Below are positions 48,081 to 54,597 of a stretch of DNA of 54,597 nt, in pieces. The notes under the pieces were generated by a model. The model was not told the DNA's origin. It did not search any database and worked only from the letters and a program-made list of their open reading frames with translations. The DNA lies in IMG/VR virus record IMGVR_UViG_3300010376_000040, positions 1-54,597 of that record; one strand, 5' to 3'. This DNA is from a virus (lineage: Duplodnaviria; Caudoviricetes). Both the position numbers and the translations under genes were made by a program. Positions within the stretch are counted from its first letter, which is position 1. Each line of letters starts with the position of its first letter.

Positions 48081-48785
48081 ATGCCTATCACTGCAAACAC
48101 TCTGAAGACCAAGGTCGCTCTCACCTGGCGTCAGTTCTCACGCAAGGCGTCATCCGAGTTCAAAACCTTGCCGCCTGGCGTCACCTTCGCCGATTACGAC
48201 ATCGATAACCTTTGGGGACTCGATGAAGGCGTAATCACCCGCGCCGTCCAGCGTTCGTATCAACACGTTGTCTCCAACGAGGCGATCTCAAACGCGAAGA
48301 TGGCCTACGAGAAGGCGAAGAAAGAAGGCAGCCTCGCATCATTCGACATGGCAAAGCACATGCATGACTTCCGCATGCGCAAGCGTGGCGAATGGCTCGA
48401 CGGCACCTGGGGCACCATGCGGTCATCGTCCACCGCGCCAGTCGTCGATGATCTGACTGCAGAAATGCAGCAGCTCATGTACGACAAGATCATTGCCATC
48501 GTGGCCTCGCAGAAGCCCGACCACGGTCTGCCCTCCAAATACGATGCATCCTTCGCATCGAAAAACTCGATCAATGGCAAAACCATTGGAGAGATGGTCG
48601 GCGCAATGATCACCGCGGACTCCACCGAACAAGGCGGAAACCGCATCCGTCAACTCGCACAGGAAGCGATCGATGAACGCGCTCGCAAGCGTGCAGAAGC
48701 TCTCGCCAACGCCGAAACCGGCGGAGTCGATGCAATGCTCGCTGCGATGATGGCAGCGCCGCAGCCTGAACAGCCTGCTGCCTAA
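48081..48785 (+). CDS. First early protein, hypothetical, strongly C-ending codon usage
   Basis: AAAGGAG SD before ATG 48081; followed by a terminator. Confidence 0.75.
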   Translation: MPITANTLKTKVALTWRQFSRKASSEFKTLPPGVTFADYDIDNLWGLDEGVITRAVQRSYQHVVSNEAISNAKMAYEKAKKEGSLASFDMAKHMHDFRMRKRGEWLDGTWGTMRSSSTAPVVDDLTAEMQQLMYDKIIAIVASQKPDHGLPSKYDASFASKNSINGKTIGEMVGAMITADSTEQGGNRIRQLAQEAIDERARKRAEALANAETGGVDAMLAAMMAAPQPEQPAA

Positions 48786-48793
48786 TCTGGAGT

Positions 48794-48826
48794 TGGCGGG
48801 GCCATTGTGGCCCCGCCACACCTTTT
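48794..48826 (+). terminator. Intrinsic terminator
   Basis: TGGCGGGGCCA-TTG-TGGCCCCGCCA then CACCTTTT. Confidence 0.7.
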
Positions 48827-48836
48827 GATGGTCAAA
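48819..48836 (-). repeat. 18-bp junction motif, copy 6
   Basis: CACCTTTTGATGGTCAAA abutting the terminator stem. Confidence 0.9.
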
Positions 48837-48855
48837 CCCCGGTTTGGAGTCTACC

Positions 48856-49062
48856 ATGCGTATCACCCTCAACGTTACCTACATCGGCAACGATGACAAA
48901 TCCGACAGCGTGCTCGTGGTCAGCGATATGCTCACCGCGTTCGCCAACAACAAAAAGTCGGATGCCCTAACCGTCTCAATCAAGCCGCAGACTGTCTATC
49001 AAGGGCCTCGTGAATACCCGCCTGACGGTGAATACCTGCGGAAAGGCAATCGAGCGCTCTAG
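48856..49062 (+). CDS. Hypothetical protein
   Basis: GGAG SD before ATG 48856. Confidence 0.65.
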   Translation: MRITLNVTYIGNDDKSDSVLVVSDMLTAFANNKKSDALTVSIKPQTVYQGPREYPPDGEYLRKGNRAL

Positions 49063-49065
49063 TTT

Positions 49066-49092
49066 GAGCCCCCTTCGGGGGGCTCTTTTTTT
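49066..49092 (+). terminator. Strong intrinsic terminator
   Basis: GAGCCCCC-TTCG-GGGGGCTC followed by T7. Confidence 0.92.
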
Positions 49093-49417
49093 GTGCCCAC
49101 TCTTGGAACAAATCGTGAACATACTCGAGGTGGTACCAAGTGGTACCAATAGGAGGCAGGTGCCAATGATGCAGGGTGGTACCAATGGGGGCTGGTAGCT
49201 AATGTTATATTTATGTTATATTTATATTGCCCCCATATGTTATTGTCATTGCCTATCTTGCAGTACGTTAGTCTCTAGTAGGATTAGAGATATACTCGCG
49301 GACTCTTAGTCTTTTTTTTTTTTTTTTTTTTTACTACTACTACTATAGAGGGGGAGTAGGGAGGGGATACAGTACATAGGCTAACCTACTAGGAGCAACA
49401 TACTCCCACCATGCCCA

Positions 49418-50224
49418 TTGACATTACCACCCAACCATGATAACATATGGGGGCAATATAAAGATAACGTTATACATAACATTAGGAGCCAGGCCATGCC
49501 AATACAGCAACGAAGGGTTATCGCACTGATCAATGCGGCGCTCGATGCATTCAAAGCCACAGGCCGCATGAAAACATTCATTGAAGGCTCGTATGGGATA
49601 ACCATTGATGAGTCTCGCTTCTTCGAGTCTTTCAATGAAACTCACCACATAATCATGCATGAACTGCAGTGGTACTCGACTCACTCTGCACGCAATGCAA
49701 ATGCAGCACAGAAGATGAGAGAACTCCGCGAACGCCGCCGCGCTGATGGAGACATGCCTCCACCTAGTAATCGACGTATGCATATCCCTAAATCTCTCTA
49801 TGAGACTGATAAGCTCAGTCAACCAGAGAACTCACCGCATGTTCGCGAATACCGCGCCATCCCTCTCTTAACAATAGAGGAGAAAGAGAAAGAAGAGATA
49901 TATAGAGCAGAGCGTGCTAAGTGGAGAGCACGAGGTAAATTCGATAATACGCAACCCTGCATCCGTGGATGTGGTAATGAACCAGAGGTAGCTTGGTGCC
50001 CATTGGAAGGCAAGGGACTTGTATGCCCAGCTAACAAAACTAGAGTGTGGGAGGAAGGAGCACCTGAATTGATCCGGCAATCAAATCCACAGGAGAGACA
50101 ACCAACCGCAGAGGAGGTAATTGCAAGCCTTAGATCTAATCGTAAGGAAGAAGGAGACGCCATACCCACAATAGATCCTGATGAACCCATCCTGCCACCA
50201 TCAGGCTCCGAATGGAACATGTAA
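49418..50224 (+). CDS. Hypothetical protein (start uncertain)
   Basis: 268-aa ORF; NAAQKMRELRERRR basic helix; CxxxC...C...C cluster. Confidence 0.6.
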   Translation: MTLPPNHDNIWGQYKDNVIHNIRSQAMPIQQRRVIALINAALDAFKATGRMKTFIEGSYGITIDESRFFESFNETHHIIMHELQWYSTHSARNANAAQKMRELRERRRADGDMPPPSNRRMHIPKSLYETDKLSQPENSPHVREYRAIPLLTIEEKEKEEIYRAERAKWRARGKFDNTQPCIRGCGNEPEVAWCPLEGKGLVCPANKTRVWEEGAPELIRQSNPQERQPTAEEVIASLRSNRKEEGDAIPTIDPDEPILPPSGSEWNM

Positions 50225-50237
50225 AAGGAGAAAGCAA

Positions 50238-50435
50238 GTGCATATAAACTTCACTCACTATCAAAGCAGCCCAAAACATGGACCAATCATAAGAATACAA
50301 GACAGCAATCTAGAGATCACATATTCAACAGCGTGGTATAGAGGACACAAAGAAACATTCCTACCAGATATAATCCTAATATTACAAGAGGCAATAGACA
50401 GCCTAAACTCTCAACCACACCGCGCCCCAATCTAA
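50238..50435 (+). CDS. Hypothetical protein
   Basis: AAGGAG SD then GTG 50238. Confidence 0.55.
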   Translation: MHINFTHYQSSPKHGPIIRIQDSNLEITYSTAWYRGHKETFLPDIILILQEAIDSLNSQPHRAPI

Positions 50436-50447
50436 AGGAGAAAACAA

Positions 50448-50624
50448 ATGATAAGCGATGTTCTATTTGAAGCAGTAGCAGAGATCGATCGCTATCTAGA
50501 TAGCGGCTTCTATGGTCCTAGAGATGATCCTGATGCATTGATCAAACGGATAATAGACTGTCGAAACGAAATGGAAGCAATAAGAATAATATTAGATACT
50601 CCACCAATTCCAAGCCAAAACTAA
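50448..50624 (+). CDS. 58-aa hypothetical protein MISDVLFEAV...LDTPPIPSQN
   Basis: Manual translation; AAAGGAG SD. Confidence 0.65.
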   Translation: MISDVLFEAVAEIDRYLDSGFYGPRDDPDALIKRIIDCRNEMEAIRIILDTPPIPSQN

Positions 50625-50716
50625 GTTGCATGGTAAGCAGGTATGCATACTCCAAAGCTATACGAGTTTTGCATACCTGCCATACCGTACTAAATCCTAA
50701 ACTCGGAAATCCCTTA

Positions 50717-50746
50717 TTGACACGCCCACCAAAATTATGATAAGAT
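50717..50746 (+). promoter_or_regulatory. sigma70 promoter TTGACA-N18-TAAGAT with TGn
   Basis: Intergenic, upstream of 50794. Confidence 0.65.
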
Positions 50747-50793
50747 AAGAAGAAAAACTCGTCACTTCCTCTAGTCAGAAAGGTTTGGAGTCC

Positions 50794-51003
50794 ATGAAAA
50801 CCTACGCTAATCCGCCTACCCACTGCGATCTTTGCAAGACTCCCATCACCACCCAATTCTACGATGCCTTCCTAGGTCTTGGAACCTGTGCCAACGTCTG
50901 CCCATCCTGTTTCTATGAGTATGGCATTGGACTCGGCACAGGCCGCGGACAATGCTACCAGCACAATGCATCAACCAACAAGTATGAGAAAGTGGAGGGC
51001 TGA
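50794..51003 (+). CDS. Small zinc-finger protein
   Basis: CDLC...CPSC and G.GLG.GRGQ.Y. Confidence 0.7.
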   Translation: MKTYANPPTHCDLCKTPITTQFYDAFLGLGTCANVCPSCFYEYGIGLGTGRGQCYQHNASTNKYEKVEG

Positions 51004-51005
51004 TC

Positions 51006-51188
51006 ATGACACGCACTCGTAACCAGCCCAGAAAGAAAACCAGAGAAGAAAGAAGGCATGAACTTGGGCAAATGAAGAATGTTCAACTCATGGACTTCAT
51101 AAACGAACCAGAACAGTTCGTTGAGATGAACCGAAAGTACGTCATAGACACGATCCTGTCTCGAGAATATCCGGAGTCCGTCTCATGA
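51006..51188 (+). CDS. Hypothetical protein
   Basis: GGAGG SD; 60 aa. Confidence 0.6.
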   Translation: MTRTRNQPRKKTREERRHELGQMKNVQLMDFINEPEQFVEMNRKYVIDTILSREYPESVS

Positions 51189-51697
51189 GCCGCGTTGTTC
51201 AACTAACCCTCACAATGAACCCGGAAGGTCAAATCGTGGCGGAGATCCCTTTTAATGGGGGTCGCCGTCATATTCTGGTTGACTCTTTCGAGTCCATCAG
51301 ACGCATCCTGGCAGCCCAATTGCACCGCTCTCAGTCCACAATCGGCACAGACGGCGCACCAACTCAATCCCAAGTGACCCATTGGGAGAAGCACCTGGAA
51401 CAAGCTGATCCTGTAAACGGGATTATCTTATCCGTCCAAAACCTGCAACCAGACACATGCATCTGGTGCCTCGCACACACAATGGGTCTTGCCACAGACC
51501 GCCGTGCACATAACCGCGCCCGAGCCATTCTCCGAGAGCAACGCCGCGCCGCTACCCACCCATTTACTATGGGAGACGGGTCAGTCAAGGTCCGCATCAT
51601 ACCATCAGCCGACAAGCGCATCAAGTCATCCTCCACACCCAAGCACGAGATGCAAGACCTGCAAATCGATCTTGATCTATCTGAGTTGGGCATATGA
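51185..51697 (+). CDS. Hypothetical protein; ends SSTPKHEMQDLQIDLDLSELGI*
   Basis: ATGA coupling; HWEKH and CIWC possible metal site. Confidence 0.7.
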   Translation: MSRVVQLTLTMNPEGQIVAEIPFNGGRRHILVDSFESIRRILAAQLHRSQSTIGTDGAPTQSQVTHWEKHLEQADPVNGIILSVQNLQPDTCIWCLAHTMGLATDRRAHNRARAILREQRRAATHPFTMGDGSVKVRIIPSADKRIKSSSTPKHEMQDLQIDLDLSELGI

Positions 51698-51788
51698 GCC
51701 TTCGCTCAGTCTCTTCATGCAATGCGGCGCCGCAAGGCGCCGCTTTCGATGGCCTACATGCCCGGAGCGACACGTAAAGGAGACCACA

Positions 51789-52010
51789 ATGGCCTATAAC
51801 CTAACCGACTCTGAGAAGGAGGCACTCCGCATCGCCTCTATCGAGCGGACTATCAATGTGACTATCCGCCTCTTATCCCGCATGCGGCGTTATTCTGATC
51901 CGGCGATCGCCGAGGATGCAGATCAAGCATGGCAGGATTGGAAGGAGCATAAGGCCCTTGTCACCAAACTCTGGGACCGAGAGCGCAATAGCCTCTTCTC
52001 TCATTCCTGA
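51789..52010 (+). CDS. Hypothetical protein
   Basis: AAGGAG SD before ATG 51789. Confidence 0.65.
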   Translation: MAYNLTDSEKEALRIASIERTINVTIRLLSRMRRYSDPAIAEDADQAWQDWKEHKALVTKLWDRERNSLFSHS

Positions 52011-52065
52011 GCCGCTTTGCGCCTCTTCGCGTCTCATTCCTTCAAATAAAATATAGGAAGAAAGC

Positions 52066-52335
52066 ATGTCTAAGAAACCACCCATTCCCTATTCAAATAA
52101 AGAGGGGCCTCGTCGAGGCCCCTACAATACCACACCCAAGAAAACCCAAGCTACCGCTACCTTTATAATAATATGCTTGGATGGGGTCGATCCAGAGCAT
52201 TCACATTACTGCCTGGCAACAAAGCGTATCTTCCCAACCCAAGCTCAAGCAGAGGAGTACATCAAGAACATCCATCCAATGAGAAAGCCCCTACTTGTCA
52301 AAGGCGATTGGATATCCTTCCGCATCCCAGATTAG
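52066..52335 (+). CDS. Hypothetical protein
   Basis: 89-aa ORF with AGGA SD. Confidence 0.55.
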   Translation: MSKKPPIPYSNKEGPRRGPYNTTPKKTQATATFIIICLDGVDPEHSHYCLATKRIFPTQAQAEEYIKNIHPMRKPLLVKGDWISFRIPD

Positions 52336-52345
52336 GAGAAGAGAA

Positions 52346-52540
52346 GTGCCTCAGTTTGAAGTCACCATCGAACGCACAACTGTCCAAACCACCAAACTGT
52401 CTATCTCGGCTAAGGATGAAGATGAAGCCTCAGAAAAGGCAGATGCCTTGATATCCCAGCCAGGGTGGGCCACACCACCCAATATTGAGTGGGATCTTGA
52501 ATATGAGACTGATGAAGTGACCACCATCTATGAAGAATAG
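52346..52540 (+). CDS. Small acidic hypothetical protein
   Basis: AGGAG SD then GTG; FEVTIER...I.A.DEDEA..KA pattern. Confidence 0.6.
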   Translation: MPQFEVTIERTTVQTTKLSISAKDEDEASEKADALISQPGWATPPNIEWDLEYETDEVTTIYEE

Positions 52541-52673
52541 AGGAGGCCATCAAGGAGGCCATCAAGGAGGCCATCGACAACCAACTAAACAAGAGCGGAA
52601 ACAGATAGGAGTGGGAGTGATAATACTGGTGTTTGTCATAGTCATCTATAAACTACTCGTCTGCATGGTTTGA
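52530..52673 (+). CDS. Possible 47-aa membrane peptide (MKNRGGHQGGHQGGHR...IILVFVIVIYKLLVCMV)
   Basis: Manual translation; contains a 12-bp x3 repeat and a hydrophobic C-terminus; weak SD. Confidence 0.35.
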   Translation: MKNRGGHQGGHQGGHRQPTKQERKQIGVGVIILVFVIVIYKLLVCMV

Positions 52674-52686
52674 CCATCAAAAGGTG
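52669..52686 (+). repeat. 18-bp junction motif, copy 7
   Basis: TTTGACCATCAAAAGGTG, exact copy. Confidence 0.9.
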
Positions 52687-52758
52687 GGCATGTATCCAAG
52701 GATATGTAGTCCTTGGGTACATTCTCATATATTTATTTATACACTCCAAACATCCTTG

Positions 52759-52787
52759 TTGACACACACATCAAATTTTGATATAAT
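52759..52787 (+). promoter_or_regulatory. Perfect sigma70 promoter TTGACA-N17-TATAAT with TGn
   Basis: TTGACA at 52759-52764, TATAAT at 52782-52787. Confidence 0.9.
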
Positions 52788-52839
52788 GCAAGGCACAGTG
52801 CAAAGCACAGCGAGGTGCAAAGCACAGCGCAAGGCACAG
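52788..52839 (+). repeat. Four copies of the 11-mer GCAARGCACAG
   Basis: 52788-98, 52800-10, 52817-27, 52829-39. Confidence 0.9.
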
Positions 52840-52860
52840 CAAGAGAGAAGGAGCACACGA

Positions 52861-53211
52861 ATGGACCCTAAAACGGCCCCTCAAAACCATATACAGGTTT
52901 GGGAAAATCACGCAGGAGGACCTGTCAATCTAACGCCAGGCCAAGGAGGCATATATCGCTATGTCTCTTATATCAATGCTGAGAATGATACAGGCATATA
53001 TGGATACGGCAACACCGAGGCCGAAGCCATGGAGGATTACATCCGTAACATGGCTGAACAGATATGCAACGGCTGCACAGTGGATGATTGCTCTGATCAT
53101 GACTGCGTACTTGCAGAGCCTAATTTTTCAAACTTCCTTCGGCAGCACATGCCTGAAGATGACACCTCACACCGCGAATGGAGGGAGATCAATGGCCCAA
53201 TCTCCTTCTGA
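52861..53211 (+). CDS. Hypothetical protein
   Basis: AAGGAG SD; G.G.TE.EA..D motif; Cys cluster. Confidence 0.65.
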   Translation: MDPKTAPQNHIQVWENHAGGPVNLTPGQGGIYRYVSYINAENDTGIYGYGNTEAEAMEDYIRNMAEQICNGCTVDDCSDHDCVLAEPNFSNFLRQHMPEDDTSHREWREINGPISF

Positions 53212-53241
53212 ATGAGGCCCTTGATTTAACGGAGGACAGTA

Positions 53242-53571
53242 ATGGCACATTGGTTCAACGGTATCATCTGGGAGCAGGTGCACCCACAGGCTACTTTCGA
53301 AATGCTCGGATACATCCCCACCTTCCTCGATGTGGATAACCCACTTCTTGCAGCCCAACAGATTGATCGCAACTATGGGCATGGTGGTGGCTGGACTCCA
53401 TTCGACGGCTTCATCCTTCTTGATGATCTTAATCTCAAGTATCCAGGAGATCCGCCAAACCGTCTCCTTTTCAAAGCTCATCTTCGAGATGAAAAGCTCT
53501 TTTTCTATGAACATTCGTGGTTTCGGATTGAGCAGCCAGATGGGACTTGGCAAGTCTGCCGCCTTGATTGA
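53242..53571 (+). CDS. Conserved phage hypothetical protein
   Basis: GGAGG SD; LG.IP.FL, Y.HGGGW.PF.GF, YPGDP, Q.DG.W.V.RLD. Confidence 0.7.
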   Translation: MAHWFNGIIWEQVHPQATFEMLGYIPTFLDVDNPLLAAQQIDRNYGHGGGWTPFDGFILLDDLNLKYPGDPPNRLLFKAHLRDEKLFFYEHSWFRIEQPDGTWQVCRLD

Positions 53572-53659
53572 TCCATCCCAGCCACCTAGCAAAGAGAGTA
53601 CCAAAAGGAGCGAGCCACCCAATAAGGGCGAGCCACTCCAGTGAAGAGGACCAAGCCTG

Positions 53660-54307
53660 ATGAGCAAGAAGATGCATCTATTAGAAGTGTTGGCTGCACA
53701 TAATACCCGCACTATTCCTGATAGAGTGTGTGGTAGCTGCACGCTGTGTTGTAAAGTGGTCTCTGTATATGAGATTAATAAACCGAAGGGAGTGTGGTGT
53801 AGGTTCTCTCGCTCTCATAAGGGCTGTGACCTGTATCCTAATCACCCACTCTCTTGTGAGGCTTGGTCATGTGCATGGTTAGCCTCCGATCTAGCGGAGA
53901 ACCTTAGACCGGATAAGTGTCATGTTGTCGTAGATATCATGCCAGATACTGTTATAGTAACAGACAATGACACTGGTAAGACAATACACATTAAAGCTCC
54001 TCAGCTCTGGCTTGATGAGAAATACCCTCTTGCCTGGAAAGAGGAGCCTGTAAAGTCCTTTGTAATCTCAACCCTTAAAAACACAGGAGCCATTCTACTT
54101 CGTCGCTGGAAAGACGAGCTTGATGCTTGTGTCCTTCTTACCCCAGATGGCGTTCTAGTAGAGATAAATGCAGGGTCTAAACCCTCCACCAACCCAGAAG
54201 AATGGGAGCAACGCAAGCGCCCTAACCTCGAAGTCGTCTCTTTTATGCGGTCTTTAAGACCGACTCCTTTACACCAACCCAATCCTATCACCGAGGAGGA
54301 AACATAA
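53660..54307 (+). CDS. YkgJ-like CxxCxxCC Fe-S/Zn cluster protein
   Basis: CGSCTLCC, WC, GC.LY...P.SC..W.C.WL, RPDKC.VV. Confidence 0.75.
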   Translation: MSKKMHLLEVLAAHNTRTIPDRVCGSCTLCCKVVSVYEINKPKGVWCRFSRSHKGCDLYPNHPLSCEAWSCAWLASDLAENLRPDKCHVVVDIMPDTVIVTDNDTGKTIHIKAPQLWLDEKYPLAWKEEPVKSFVISTLKNTGAILLRRWKDELDACVLLTPDGVLVEINAGSKPSTNPEEWEQRKRPNLEVVSFMRSLRPTPLHQPNPITEEET

Positions 54308-54597
54308 TGCAATCCTTCTAATGACCTGCCTGCCTTAGACCTGCCTGCCTTGTGAAGCAATGCCAAGGTGCTGGTCGCTCTATTGCAACCCTAGTGAGGA
54401 CTCGTGGATACGTGGTGCAAGTAGTCCCCTTGCCAAGTCTTCAGGCCTCGCCTGCTTGGACTTGTTCTTCCCCTTCCAAAAGGGAAGGAGCCCGTAGGGC
54501 GCTCGCCGCCTTCATCACTATATTGGGACAGCAGCAGCTGTTGAACCCTTCCAGAAGGTTTATCACTTTTCCAGCGAGGAGTTCTGCTCCTCGCTGC

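Noticed and set aside
1-54597. Prophage, tRNA genes, direct terminal repeats
   Set aside because: No integrase, repressor or host genes, no cloverleaf recognised by eye, and the window ends do not match each other, so the genome appears incomplete here.

Overview
Most of a lytic, P22-type podovirus-like dsDNA phage genome; the window begins mid-gene and no integrase, repressor, tRNA or CRISPR array is evident. There are two divergent arms. A rightward early/replication arm (48081-54597, probably continuing through 1-11049) holds small hypothetical genes behind consensus sigma70 promoters, a Cas4-like PD-(D/E)XK exonuclease, a Rad52-like annealase, a DUF669-like SSB, a ParB-methyltransferase fusion, a family A DNA polymerase split into UDG+exonuclease and polymerase genes, and a DUF3987-like NTPase. 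A leftward late arm (47412-10975) holds a putative TerS, holin, two giant signal-peptide-bearing beta-rich proteins, endolysin, TerL, tail fibre, portal, SLT and LPD23 proteins, scaffold, P22-family coat, HNH-AP2, gp4/gp10/needle homologues, a sulfotransferase-like/GNAT pair and ejection proteins. The most unusual signals are: (1) an 18-bp motif (TTTGA-cca-TCAAAAGGTG) found seven times at gene junctions, bracketing both exported giant proteins; (2) those Cys-rich, apparently Sec-exported proteins lying between holin and endolysin; (3) a shared C-terminal tag D[LF]S[EG]LG[IL]-stop on three unrelated early proteins; (4) a polymerase split inside its proofreading domain; (5) a pseudoknot/anti-SD switch ahead of the coat gene. 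All family calls come from motif recognition by eye, not database searches.
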